Part shown: positions 19,048 through 28,943 of the stretch, piece by piece
Layout of the letters: every line of letters begins with the position of its first letter
Numbering within the stretch: position 1 is the first letter of the stretch
NCBI GenBank assembly: GCA_028711705.1
Contig: JAQTRS010000001.1
Coordinates: forward strand, 30,581-94,580
Length of the DNA stretch: 64,000 bases
Direction of reading: 5' to 3'
From: Candidatus Moraniibacteriota bacterium
GTDB taxonomy: Bacteria > Patescibacteriota > Minisyncoccia > Moranbacterales > UBA1568
The notes under the pieces: generated by a model
Told to the model about the DNA's origin: nothing
Seen by the model: the letters and a program-made list of their open reading frames with translations, nothing else
Database searches by the model: none
Made by a program: the position numbers and the translations under genes

Positions 19048-20223
19048 ATGCGCGTGGGCATCAACGCATCGTTTTTGCGGAAGCCGTCGACCGGCATCGG
19101 CCAGGTGACGCGGCATTTCCTCGAAGAGCTCTCAAAAAATCCCGATGTCGTGTCCAAGCCGGAAGGGGAGGATGTCGAATTCATCGTGTATCTTGAGGAG
19201 GCTCTGCCTGCAGGGCTGCGATTATCCTCGAGGTTTTCGGTGCGGGCGTTCCTGCCGTTTCTGTGGAAGCGCGATGATCTGATCCGCAAGATGCTGTGGG
19301 AAAAGGTGTCGCTGCCGAGACGTGCCAAGGCGGACGGCTGCGATGTGCTACTCAGCCTGTATCAGTCCGCGACCGTGGCGCCCAAGGGGACGCGGCATGT
19401 CATGCTGGTGCACGATATCATCCCGCGGATCTTTCCGGAGTACCTGAACAATTCCCGCAAGCGGACGTATCAGCGCCTGATCGAGGCCGCCATCAAGAAA
19501 GCAGACAAAATCGCGGTAGTTTCGGCCTATACCCGCAACGACCTGGTGGCGCAGCTTGGCATCATGTCGCGCGACGTGTCCGTTTGCTATGTCGATGTCG
19601 ATCCGCTGTTTCGCAAGTCCGTTTCGATCGGCAGGGCGCATGACGTGATGCGGAAGTATCACCTGCATCCGGGATATATCTATCTGGGCGGCGGATTGGA
19701 GAAGCGCAAGAATGCGGAAGGATTGCTGTATGCCTATGCCGCGCTCCTCAAGACAAACAAGAAGCAGGAGTTCATCCACGATATGCCCAAGCTCGTGATT
19801 TCCGGGAAACTGATGCCAGAACTTGCGCCGCTTATCGTGGATGTGGAGGCGCTGGTCAAGCAGTTGAATCTGACGGGGCAAGTGAAGATTTTGGGATTCG
19901 TGCCGCAAGAGGAGCTGCCGGCGCTGTATAAGCAAGCCCTGTTTTTCGTGTTCCCGTCTTTGTATGAGGGGTTCGGCCTGCCGGTGCTCGAGGCGATGAG
20001 TCAGGGCACGCCGGTGCTTACCTCTCACACCACATCGCTTCCCGAGGTGGGCGCGGATACGGTGATGTACTGCGATCCGAGCGATGTGTCGGATATGGCG
20101 CGGGCCCTTCGGAAGCTGTTGCTCGACAAGGAGTATCGCGCCGCGCTGGGAGCCCGCGGCAAGGTTCGGTCTCAAGAGTTTTCTTGGGGGAAGTTCGCCA
20201 AAAGGATAGCGAGGATGGTCTAA
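19048..20223 (+). CDS. Glycosyltransferase family 4
   Basis: HDIIP, RKN, FVFPSLYEGFGLPVLEAM. Confidence 0.93.
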   Translation: MRVGINASFLRKPSTGIGQVTRHFLEELSKNPDVVSKPEGEDVEFIVYLEEALPAGLRLSSRFSVRAFLPFLWKRDDLIRKMLWEKVSLPRRAKADGCDVLLSLYQSATVAPKGTRHVMLVHDIIPRIFPEYLNNSRKRTYQRLIEAAIKKADKIAVVSAYTRNDLVAQLGIMSRDVSVCYVDVDPLFRKSVSIGRAHDVMRKYHLHPGYIYLGGGLEKRKNAEGLLYAYAALLKTNKKQEFIHDMPKLVISGKLMPELAPLIVDVEALVKQLNLTGQVKILGFVPQEELPALYKQALFFVFPSLYEGFGLPVLEAMSQGTPVLTSHTTSLPEVGADTVMYCDPSDVSDMARALRKLLLDKEYRAALGARGKVRSQEFSWGKFAKRIARMV

Positions 20224-20244
20224 TATATTTTCAGGGGAGTATGC

Positions 20245-21882
20245 ATGCGTATGCTGTATAGATTCTTACAATCGATCAACCCGATTAAGATCGCGCTCAT
20301 ATGCGGAAGCGTGCTCTTTTCGTGTGTGCTGATCGCGCTCAATACTATCGGGGTGCTGCCGCTTGCGCTCGGGGACTTTGTGTTCTTTTCCGGCGTCATA
20401 TTTTTGTGCGCCCTGTATCGTCCGGGGTGGGCTTTTCTGTTCTTTATCGGGCTGCTGCCGTTCGAGATCGTGTCCGTCGCGCCCAAAGAAATCGGGGTGC
20501 TGTTGCGGCCCTATCAGTGGGTGGGCACCCTGACGCTCGCAGCGACCATGACGCGCTTCCTTGGAGGGCGGCTTCCGTTCGCCCTGCCGCGAGTGCATCG
20601 TTTGGATATGCTGTTGCCCGTACTGTGGGTCGGGAGCGTGATCGCGGTTTTGGGCGCGCCGGATCGCGGCGTGAGCCTGAAGCAGTCCGCGGTGCTGCTT
20701 TCGTTCATCGCGTTGTATGCGCTGGTGCGGATCTTTATCCGCAATGCCTCGGATGTCAAAAATACCGTCGTGTTCTTCTTGGGTTCGGGGATGATCGTGT
20801 CGCTGTATGCGCTGTGGCAGAATATCCGTTTCGCGCAGGGCATGGACGCGTTCGAGGTGATGGCCGGCCGGCCCAACAGCGTCTTTGCCGAGCCGGATTG
20901 GCTGGGAGTTTTTCTGGCGATATGTATCAGCGCGGTCTATGCGATGCTCTTCGCCTATCGGAAGCCTCGGGTGTATGAGGGTGATGTCTTGAAGCTGTTG
21001 GGTATCGCATCTCCGATCGCCCTGAAGGCCCGCCATATCACCGTGGGCGCCTTGTATGCTCTGCTTGCGTTGCTGTACGTCGCGCTTCTCCTGTCGGTGG
21101 CTCGGAGTGCATGGCTGAGTGTGGCGCTCATTGCCATCGTCGCGACCTTCGCCGTCTTGACCGAAGGCGCCTGGCTGGATGTTTCGCAGTGGAAGTGGAA
21201 AAGAGGGTTTGTGTACGCCGTTGGTATCTTCGGGACATTCATCGCGAGTCTGCTCTTGGTCTTTTCTTTGCATCTCACTTCCTTCCGATTGCTTGATCGG
21301 GCGTCGAGCACAGCGTCGGGCCTGCAGCGGATAACCATCGCATGCCAGGGCGATATCGCTTTGCCGCAAAGCATCGCCTCGGCGGATGAGCTTGCCGCGT
21401 ATGGTTGCCGCCATATCGATCTGGAAGAGAAGGAAAGTGCGGCTTCGGCCGGCGAGGTGGTGAAGGAAATCGATAGGGATGATCCCAATGTCAGTATCCG
21501 CAAAAGCATTTATGCCAAGACGTTCTCGCTGATCAGGGAACACTTCTTTACCGGTATCGGTTTTGGGAGCGTGGCGACGTTTTTGGGGAATGACGAGCGC
21601 GGCACAGGACTCAATACGAGCAATATCTTTTTGGAGGTGTGGCTGGGGAGCGGACTGCTGGGTTTGATGGCGCTGCTCATCATCTGGCTTTCGATCGGCA
21701 TCGTTTCGTTCAGGCGTTTTGCGCTCCTGCGGGCAAGGCCCGATGTGGCGGCGGTGTATCTGTTCCTTTTCCTGTCCTGGCTCGGATTAAGCATCTTCAA
21801 TCTTTTTAATGCCGGCATCTTTTTGGGATTTTTCTGGGCGTGGCTTTCGGTGGCGGTGAGTTTCGTGCACAAGAGGCTCTAG
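20245..21882 (+). CDS. O-antigen ligase (Wzy_C)-like membrane protein
   Basis: Many TM segments, RPNSVFAEPDWLG, SVARSAW, FTGIGFG, NIFLEVWLGSG. Confidence 0.75.
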   Translation: MRMLYRFLQSINPIKIALICGSVLFSCVLIALNTIGVLPLALGDFVFFSGVIFLCALYRPGWAFLFFIGLLPFEIVSVAPKEIGVLLRPYQWVGTLTLAATMTRFLGGRLPFALPRVHRLDMLLPVLWVGSVIAVLGAPDRGVSLKQSAVLLSFIALYALVRIFIRNASDVKNTVVFFLGSGMIVSLYALWQNIRFAQGMDAFEVMAGRPNSVFAEPDWLGVFLAICISAVYAMLFAYRKPRVYEGDVLKLLGIASPIALKARHITVGALYALLALLYVALLLSVARSAWLSVALIAIVATFAVLTEGAWLDVSQWKWKRGFVYAVGIFGTFIASLLLVFSLHLTSFRLLDRASSTASGLQRITIACQGDIALPQSIASADELAAYGCRHIDLEEKESAASAGEVVKEIDRDDPNVSIRKSIYAKTFSLIREHFFTGIGFGSVATFLGNDERGTGLNTSNIFLEVWLGSGLLGLMALLIIWLSIGIVSFRRFALLRARPDVAAVYLFLFLSWLGLSIFNLFNAGIFLGFFWAWLSVAVSFVHKRL

Positions 21883-21911
21883 GGCGACATAATATCATTT
21901 GAAACAAGAGC

Positions 21912-23057
21912 ATGAAAATAGGCATCGATATTCGTATGTTGGGAAGAAAACGGACGGGGGACGAGTCGGTGTTTTTCAACATCGTCAAAAATCTAGCCCT
22001 GGTGGACGAGGTGAACGAGTACAGCCTCTTCATCGACAAACGCTCTTCAGAGGAAATCACCGCCATCGTGCAGTCGCTGGGTATCGAGGGAAAGAATAAT
22101 TTCCGCCTGGTCATGCTGCCGGCCAAGAATAAGTTCACGTGGAATTTCTGGATGCTGCCCAGGTATCTGCGCAGGTATCCCGTGGATGTCTATCACACCC
22201 AGTATATCGTCCCGTTTTTCGTGCCTCGGGATATCAAGATTGTGACGCATATCCATGACGTTTCGTTTCACGCGTATCCGCAGTATATCAGCTGGAAGGA
22301 CCGGTTTTTTCTGGACGCCCTGATCCCGCGGAGCCTGAAGCGGGCGGATAAGATTATCGCCGTATCGGAGTTCACGAAACGAGAAATCATGGAGCGCTAT
22401 GCCATCGGGGAGGGCAAGATCTCGGTTGTCCTGAATGCGCTGTCGGATGATTTTCTGCGCTATGAGCCATGCGACCCGGAGCGATCGGCCAGGGTGCGCA
22501 GCAAGTACGCGCTTCCGGAGCGATACATCCTTTATGTCGGGACGCTGCAGCCGCGCAAGAATATCCCGGCGCTGATAGGGGCCTTCGCACGTATCTGTGA
22601 GAAACTTCCCGATATGCAGCTTGTGATTGTCGGCAATCGGAAGGGGCATCACTACGATACAGGCATCGATGCGGCCATCCGCGAGAACAATCTTTCGGAT
22701 CGCATCGTTTTTCCCGGATACGTGGATCAAGAGGATGTGTTTGCGGTGATGCAGGGGGCGTTGGCCTTCGTGTTCCCGTCTTTGTACGAGGGATTCGGCC
22801 TGCCGGTGCTCGAGGCGATGAGTCAGCGGGTGCCTGTGGTGGCTTCGGATATACCGCCGCTGCGCGAGGTTGCGGTCGATGCGGCATTGTTCGCCGATAC
22901 GCGAGACCTTGCCGAATTCTCTGAAATTTTGTATACTATCTCCACTGTGGCAAAAGTTCGCGAAGAACTGATTACCTCTGGAATAAAGCAAATGCAGCGT
23001 TTCTCCTGGCGTGCCAGTGCGAAGCGTTTGCGCGATGTATATGTGTCTTTGATATAA
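21912..23057 (+). CDS. Glycosyltransferase family 4
   Basis: MKIGID, HIHDVSF, VGTLQPRKN, FPSLYEGFGLPVLEAM. Confidence 0.93.
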   Translation: MKIGIDIRMLGRKRTGDESVFFNIVKNLALVDEVNEYSLFIDKRSSEEITAIVQSLGIEGKNNFRLVMLPAKNKFTWNFWMLPRYLRRYPVDVYHTQYIVPFFVPRDIKIVTHIHDVSFHAYPQYISWKDRFFLDALIPRSLKRADKIIAVSEFTKREIMERYAIGEGKISVVLNALSDDFLRYEPCDPERSARVRSKYALPERYILYVGTLQPRKNIPALIGAFARICEKLPDMQLVIVGNRKGHHYDTGIDAAIRENNLSDRIVFPGYVDQEDVFAVMQGALAFVFPSLYEGFGLPVLEAMSQRVPVVASDIPPLREVAVDAALFADTRDLAEFSEILYTISTVAKVREELITSGIKQMQRFSWRASAKRLRDVYVSLI

Positions 23058-23072
23058 TTTTTTAGCGTGGAT

Positions 23073-24284
23073 ATGTCTATGAATCTTTTTCCAAATCGAA
23101 GTAGGGGTGGAGTCGGCCCGATGCAAGGCGCTTCCGGGACAGTCGTCAAGAAAAAAGCCTGGGTGAAATGGGCACTTACCGGCGGGGCCGTGGTGCTTGT
23201 TGTTGGCGGTGCGTTTTTGTGGAAGACGGGATCCGTTCTGAATAAGATCTCTTCGAGCGGGAACATTTTCAGCAGCTTAGCGAAGTCTCTTCCGGGAGTG
23301 AATAAGACGCTCAAGGGTGAAGAGACCGGAAGGATCAATATCGCGCTGTTGGGAATGCGCGGCGAGCATATGGATGGCGGCGGGCTCTTGGCGGATACTA
23401 TCATGGTGATGAGTATCCATCCTTCCAAGGGAGAAGGCGACCAGCCGAAGGTTTCGCTCGTGTCCGTGCCGCGCGATCTGTATGTGACCATGCCGGGAAC
23501 ATCCGATCAGATGAAGATCAACGCCGTGCATGCGCTCAACGAAGAGAAGGGTAAGGGCCAGGGCATGAAGGGTATGGAAGCGATTCTTTCCGAAGTGACC
23601 GGCGTGCCGATCGACTACGCCATCAGCATCAGCTTCAAGGGCTTCACCGATCTGGTGAATGCGGTCGGCGGTATCGATGTGACGCTCAAGGAACCGTTCA
23701 ATGAAAGCGTGCAATTCCGTCAGCCGCATGTGTGTGATCCGTATGTGTTCAATGTGCCGACCAGTCCGCAACAGTTCGAGAACAAGTATCATGTACGCCA
23801 GGACGGTACGCGTTATGTCGCGAAGTCATACCCGCTCTGCTATAACAAGGATGTCGAATGCGGCGGTATGTTCGAGCTTCCCGCCGGAGTCAATCACCTT
23901 GCGGGGGATAGGGCTCTGTGTTTCGCTCGTGCCCGCTATACTTCCAACGACTTCGAACGCGCCCGCAGGCAGCAGCTCGTCTTGCAATCGCTCAAGGAAA
24001 AAGCGCTCAGTGCCGGAACCCTGACCGATTTCGGCAAGGTAAATGCCATCATCGATGCGCTCGGTGATAATGTGCGTACCGATATGGAAGGCTGGGAGCT
24101 CAAGCAATTGTTCGAAATTTATCAGAAAATGGGCAATGCCCCGCAATTGACGCAGAAGGTTCTGGAAGATTCCGAGGAAGGATTGCTTCACGCGCCGGAG
24201 GCTACTAAGGAAACCGGCTATATCCTCTTGCCGCGCGGCGACAACTATGATCGAATCCATGCATTGTTTAATTCATTGCCGTAA
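23073..24284 (+). CDS. LCP (LytR-CpsA-Psr) family protein
   Basis: RINIALLG, LADTIMV, SVPRDLYV, KINA, ARARY..NDFERARRQQ. Confidence 0.93.
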   Translation: MSMNLFPNRSRGGVGPMQGASGTVVKKKAWVKWALTGGAVVLVVGGAFLWKTGSVLNKISSSGNIFSSLAKSLPGVNKTLKGEETGRINIALLGMRGEHMDGGGLLADTIMVMSIHPSKGEGDQPKVSLVSVPRDLYVTMPGTSDQMKINAVHALNEEKGKGQGMKGMEAILSEVTGVPIDYAISISFKGFTDLVNAVGGIDVTLKEPFNESVQFRQPHVCDPYVFNVPTSPQQFENKYHVRQDGTRYVAKSYPLCYNKDVECGGMFELPAGVNHLAGDRALCFARARYTSNDFERARRQQLVLQSLKEKALSAGTLTDFGKVNAIIDALGDNVRTDMEGWELKQLFEIYQKMGNAPQLTQKVLEDSEEGLLHAPEATKETGYILLPRGDNYDRIHALFNSLP

Positions 24285-24299
24285 TAGCAAGTGTTCTCT

Positions 24300-25118
24300 A
24301 TGCAGCCAGTCGATGTTTCCATCGCCATCAACAGTTACAAGAATACGGAGCTTCTCAGGCTCTGTATCGAGTCCATCAAAAGAAACGTGAAAGGCGTTTC
24401 TTTTGAGGTTATCGTCGTGGATGGGGAAACGGAAGAATCCACGGCCATGATGATGCGCGAGGATTTTCCGGATGTCCGGTTCTTTTCCTTCGCCGAGAAT
24501 GTCGGATTCCGGCGCCTGGTCCAGAAGGGGCTGGAGATGAGCCGGGGCTCATATGCGCTTTTGCTCAACAGCGATATCATCGTGACGCCGGGCGTGGTGG
24601 AAGAGATGTACGCCTTTTTGAAGGGTCGGCCGGATATCGGTATGGTGGGACCCAAGCTTTTGGGTTTCAATGAGCTGTTCCAGGAATCATGCTTCCGTTT
24701 CTATAAGCCGATAACCATACTCTACCGACGGACATTCTTGGGGCGCTTCGGTTTCGCCAAACGGCATATCGATTGGTTCTTGATGCGCGATTACGATCAT
24801 AAGCATCCGCAGGAAGTGGATTGGCTGATGGGATCGGCGATGATGGTGTCGCAAGCGTCCGTGCGGAAGGTGGGCTTTATGGACGAGCGGTTTTTCATGT
24901 ATATGGAGGATGTGGATTGGTGCCGAAGATTTTGGGAAAACGGGTACAAGGTGGTGTATTACCCGTATGCGCATATGTACCACTATCACGGCAAAGGAAG
25001 CGCTCGGGGAGGCTTTTTGCGTTCGCTTCTGTTCAATAAGCTGATGTGGTATCACATCGCGAGCGCATTCAAATATTTCAAGAAGTATCGAGGAAAGCCA
25101 TTGCCATCGCATGATTAA
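24300..25118 (+). CDS. Glycosyltransferase family 2
   Basis: LLNSD, VDWLMGSAMM, DERFFMYMEDVDWC. Confidence 0.93.
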   Translation: MQPVDVSIAINSYKNTELLRLCIESIKRNVKGVSFEVIVVDGETEESTAMMMREDFPDVRFFSFAENVGFRRLVQKGLEMSRGSYALLLNSDIIVTPGVVEEMYAFLKGRPDIGMVGPKLLGFNELFQESCFRFYKPITILYRRTFLGRFGFAKRHIDWFLMRDYDHKHPQEVDWLMGSAMMVSQASVRKVGFMDERFFMYMEDVDWCRRFWENGYKVVYYPYAHMYHYHGKGSARGGFLRSLLFNKLMWYHIASAFKYFKKYRGKPLPSHD

Positions 25119-25136
25119 ATAACATGAAGACACATT

Positions 25137-26429
25137 ATGGAAATGAACACTAAAGAAAACAATGCAGGTCCCAGGCGCGTTTCGAGAAAATCCCAGCTCG
25201 TGCCGCTCATCGTCATGATTCTTCTGATGACAGGGTCGTTTTGGGTCGGTTTCGAGCGGGGTGCTCAGAAGGCCTGTGTGGCCAAGGACGCTTCTTCGGC
25301 AAGCGATGCGGTCGTTTCTCCGCAGGGCGCGTTTATTTTGAATAAGAACGATGACCATGCCGTCGATTTCAGCCTGTTTTGGAAATCATGGGATCTGCTC
25401 AAGGACAAGTATGTCGATCGGGCAAAGCTTGATGCCAATGAGATGATGTATGGCGCCATCAAGGGCATGCTCGCTTCGACTGGGGATCCGTATACGACGT
25501 TTTTTGATCCGAAAGAGAACAAGGAATTCCAAGAGGAGATGACCGGAAGCTTCCAGGGCATCGGGGCCGAGATCGGCATGAAAGACAATGTCTTGACCAT
25601 CGTGGCGCCGCTGGATGATTCTCCGGCGCAGAAGGCCGGTCTTCAGGCAGGAGACAAGATCCTCAAGATTGACGATGTGACGACGATGGATATGGATTTG
25701 AACAAGGCGGTGAGCTTGATTCGTGGTGAAAAGGGAACCGAGGTGAAGCTGACGATTTTTCGTAATGGCAGCGATGAGCAGACCAAGGAGGTATCGGTCA
25801 AGCGCGACGTTATCAGCGTGAAAAGCGTGAAGACCGAAGTGAGGGATGACGGTATCGCGGTTATCAAAGTGAGCCGATTCGGCGACGATACCGCCGAGGC
25901 CTTCAATCAGGCTATCGCGGATGTCGCTGCGAAAAAAAGCCGCGGCCTAATTCTCGATCTGCGCAATAATCCTGGAGGATACCTGGATGCCGCCGTGTCT
26001 ATGGCGAGCCTCATGCTTCCCGAGGACAAGGTGGTCGTGATGGAGGAGAACAGCAAGGGTGATCGCAAGAAGATGTATGCCAAGGGCGGCGATAAGGTGA
26101 GCGGCATCGAGACGGTGGTGCTCATCAATGAAGGAAGCGCCAGTGCTTCGGAAATCCTTGCCGGTGCGCTTCAGGACAATCGCGCCAATGTGACGCTCAT
26201 AGGAAAGAAATCTTTCGGCAAAGGTTCGGTTCAGGAGCTGGTGCCGGTCACCAAGGATACGTCGGTCAAGATTACCGTAGCCAGGTGGCTGACTCCTAAT
26301 GGCAAGCAGATCAATCATGAAGGTATTGCACCGAGTGTCGATATCGAAATCAGCGAAGATGACAGAAAAGCGCAGAAAGATCCGCAATTCGACAAAGCGG
26401 TCGAGGTTTTGCAGGAAAAAATGCAATAA
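25137..26429 (+). CDS. ctpA: Carboxyl-terminal processing protease (S41)
   Basis: GIGAEIG PDZ, LDLRNNPGG, SASASEI, GKGSVQ. Confidence 0.92.
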   Translation: MEMNTKENNAGPRRVSRKSQLVPLIVMILLMTGSFWVGFERGAQKACVAKDASSASDAVVSPQGAFILNKNDDHAVDFSLFWKSWDLLKDKYVDRAKLDANEMMYGAIKGMLASTGDPYTTFFDPKENKEFQEEMTGSFQGIGAEIGMKDNVLTIVAPLDDSPAQKAGLQAGDKILKIDDVTTMDMDLNKAVSLIRGEKGTEVKLTIFRNGSDEQTKEVSVKRDVISVKSVKTEVRDDGIAVIKVSRFGDDTAEAFNQAIADVAAKKSRGLILDLRNNPGGYLDAAVSMASLMLPEDKVVVMEENSKGDRKKMYAKGGDKVSGIETVVLINEGSASASEILAGALQDNRANVTLIGKKSFGKGSVQELVPVTKDTSVKITVARWLTPNGKQINHEGIAPSVDIEISEDDRKAQKDPQFDKAVEVLQEKMQ

Positions 26430-26561
26430 AATAGCTTATCAGAGCCATTGTTCCGGTGTTTTTCGTGCGGGGTGTGAAAAGGAAGTAGCGGATACTTGAC
26501 AAAAACATAGAATATGTACTAATGTATATTGATAGTATCATTCAGTAAGCAATATGTTTCT

Positions 26562-27581
26562 ATGGAATCTTTTTACATTCAGTTCGAAAAACTCACCGGA
26601 AATCTGATGGAGCGCTCTCAGGACATATTGCGCGAGCGTTTCGGCGTGGTGGACGGCAAGGCGAAGACGCTCGAAGAGATCGGTAAGAAGTACCGTATCA
26701 CCAGGGAGCGGGTGCGTCAGATTATCCGCAGCTCGCTGAAGGACATCCAGGCCCGTAGTAAGAACCGTTTCCAGGAGGTGGCGCAGGTTTTCGAATCGAC
26801 GGTACGTGCGAGAAGCGGCATCATAAGCGAAGCCGACCTTGTGGCGGCCCTGGGCAAGGGGGATGCCAAGGAAGTGGCGGCACTCTCTTTCTTTTTGGAG
26901 TGCCTTTCTGTCGTGCGACTCATCAAGGAGGATAGGCGCATGAAGCGATCCTATGCCCTGAAGGGTTTTTCCGTGGAGGAATGGTCCGCATCGATGAAGA
27001 AGGTCGTGAGCGTGCTTGAGGAGGAGAATGGCGCTATCGAGAAGAAGGATCTGTTCAAGAAGTTTTCCCAGAAATATCCGAGCGATGGGAAGGAGCAGGA
27101 GTTTTTTGACTACATCGCCGTATCCAAGGAAGTGAAGCGCAATGCTTTCGGGAAATTCGGCCTCGTGTTCTGGAGCGATATCTCGCCCAAGGGTACCCGC
27201 GAAAAGGCGTATCTGGTGATGAAGGCCACGAACAAACCGCTTCATTTCCGTGAAATCACCACGCTGATCGACGAATACGGCCTCAATAAGAATAGCAAGA
27301 AGAAGACGCATCCGCAGACCGTGCACAACGAGCTTATCAAGGATAACCGTTTTATCCTCGTGGGACGCGGTATCTATGCGCTCTCCGAGTGGGGGTATGC
27401 CCAAGGGACGGTGCGCGAGGTGGTGGGTGAAGTGCTGCGCAAGCATGCCTCGCCTATGCAGCGGACCGATATCATCAAGGAGGTCTTGGCGCTCCGCCAG
27501 GTCAAGAAATCGACCATTGTCATCAATCTCAATACGTTCTTTGCCAAAGTCGGCAAGGACGCTTATACTTTAAAGAAGTAG
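26562..27581 (+). CDS. Sigma70 region-4 HTH / HARE-HTH protein
   Basis: [20 protein letters not shown]; [33 protein letters not shown]. Confidence 0.85.
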   Translation: MESFYIQFEKLTGNLMERSQDILRERFGVVDGKAKTLEEIGKKYRITRERVRQIIRSSLKDIQARSKNRFQEVAQVFESTVRARSGIISEADLVAALGKGDAKEVAALSFFLECLSVVRLIKEDRRMKRSYALKGFSVEEWSASMKKVVSVLEEENGAIEKKDLFKKFSQKYPSDGKEQEFFDYIAVSKEVKRNAFGKFGLVFWSDISPKGTREKAYLVMKATNKPLHFREITTLIDEYGLNKNSKKKTHPQTVHNELIKDNRFILVGRGIYALSEWGYAQGTVREVVGEVLRKHASPMQRTDIIKEVLALRQVKKSTIVINLNTFFAKVGKDAYTLKK

Positions 27582-27638
27582 TGCCCCTAAAAAAAGCGCT
27601 GCTTCTGAAATACAAAACTGTAAATTAAAAGCCACGCC

Positions 27639-28928
27639 ATGGACATTTTACTTGTAAGCTTCGCCAACATAGCGCACGCCTTCTCACAGATAGCCTTTAT
27701 CGGTGCGAACGTGTGGTTTTTTGTGTTGCCATCGATGCTGACGCCGTTGTTTTTGTACGTGTGGATGAACCATATCATCGGCAAATACGAATCTTCGGTG
27801 CCTCGCGTGATGCTCGAAATCATTCCGCCCAAGGACATCGAGAAGAGCCCGCAGCTCATGGAAGGGCTTTATGACGGTCTTTCGGGTACGGATAAGGCGT
27901 ATACCGTATTCGAACAGTATGTGCTCGGTATGGGCGCGCCGAAATTCAGTTTCGAGATCGTGGGAAGCGAGGGGCATGTCCACTTCTATATCCGCACCCC
28001 GGTCGTGACCCGTAACCTGATCGAAGCGCATTTGTATGCCCAGTATCCGGATGTCGAGATCACGGAGGTGGAGGACTATGTGAACGAGGTGCCCAAGAGC
28101 ATTCCGAATAAGGACTGGAATCTATGGGGGACCGACTTCAAGCTTCTCAAGGCCGATGCCTATCCGATCAAGACCTATCACTATTTCGAGGAGAGCGTGA
28201 CGGGCAAGATGATCGACCCTTTGGCGGGACTGATCGAAGTTATCGCCAAGCTTCCGCCGGGACAGAAAATCTGGCTGCAATACATCATCTCTCCCGAGCG
28301 TTCCAGCTGGGCCGATGCAGTGGGACGCGCGCTCATAGATGAGATCGTCAAGGGCAAAAAAGAAAAGCCTGCCGGTATCATGAGCATACTTTTTTCGCAT
28401 CTGAGCGATATCGTCGGAGGCGTTTTTCGCGGTATTTTCGGAGGCACGCCGCCCGAGGTCAAAAAGTCCGAGAGCAAGGCCGATCCGCTCGATCTGCGTT
28501 TGACGCCGGTGCAAAGGAAGGTCTTGGAGGCCATCGAAAACAATCTCGGAAAGAACGTCTTCCGCGTGAAGGCCCGCTTCATGTACCTCGGAAGGCGTGA
28601 GACCTATCATAGCGGCGCATTCTTGCCGGCTATTTTCGGCGCCATCATCAAGCCGTATGGCGATTCCAATCTCAATAGCATGATCCCGTACAATCCGACT
28701 AAGACGTCGGCGGAGTATGTGTTCATGAAATCCCGTCTGCTGTATCTGCAAAGGCGGCTCTACCGTCGTTACCGCGACCGCGACCGCGATCCGAGCGAGA
28801 ATATCTTCGTACTGAGCACTTCGGAATTGGCGACACTGTTCCACCTTCCGGATATGTCCGTGATTTCTCCGGCGCTTTCCCGCGTGGCTGCCAAGCGAGG
28901 CGGATCACCGTCTAATCTCCCTATATAG
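27639..28928 (+). CDS. Conserved hypothetical membrane protein, partner of the downstream ATPase
   Basis: N-terminal TM, FSFEIVG, LYAQYPDVEI, ELATLFHLP. Confidence 0.8.
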   Translation: MDILLVSFANIAHAFSQIAFIGANVWFFVLPSMLTPLFLYVWMNHIIGKYESSVPRVMLEIIPPKDIEKSPQLMEGLYDGLSGTDKAYTVFEQYVLGMGAPKFSFEIVGSEGHVHFYIRTPVVTRNLIEAHLYAQYPDVEITEVEDYVNEVPKSIPNKDWNLWGTDFKLLKADAYPIKTYHYFEESVTGKMIDPLAGLIEVIAKLPPGQKIWLQYIISPERSSWADAVGRALIDEIVKGKKEKPAGIMSILFSHLSDIVGGVFRGIFGGTPPEVKKSESKADPLDLRLTPVQRKVLEAIENNLGKNVFRVKARFMYLGRRETYHSGAFLPAIFGAIIKPYGDSNLNSMIPYNPTKTSAEYVFMKSRLLYLQRRLYRRYRDRDRDPSENIFVLSTSELATLFHLPDMSVISPALSRVAAKRGGSPSNLPI

Positions 28929-28943
28929 CCATAACGCAACAGT

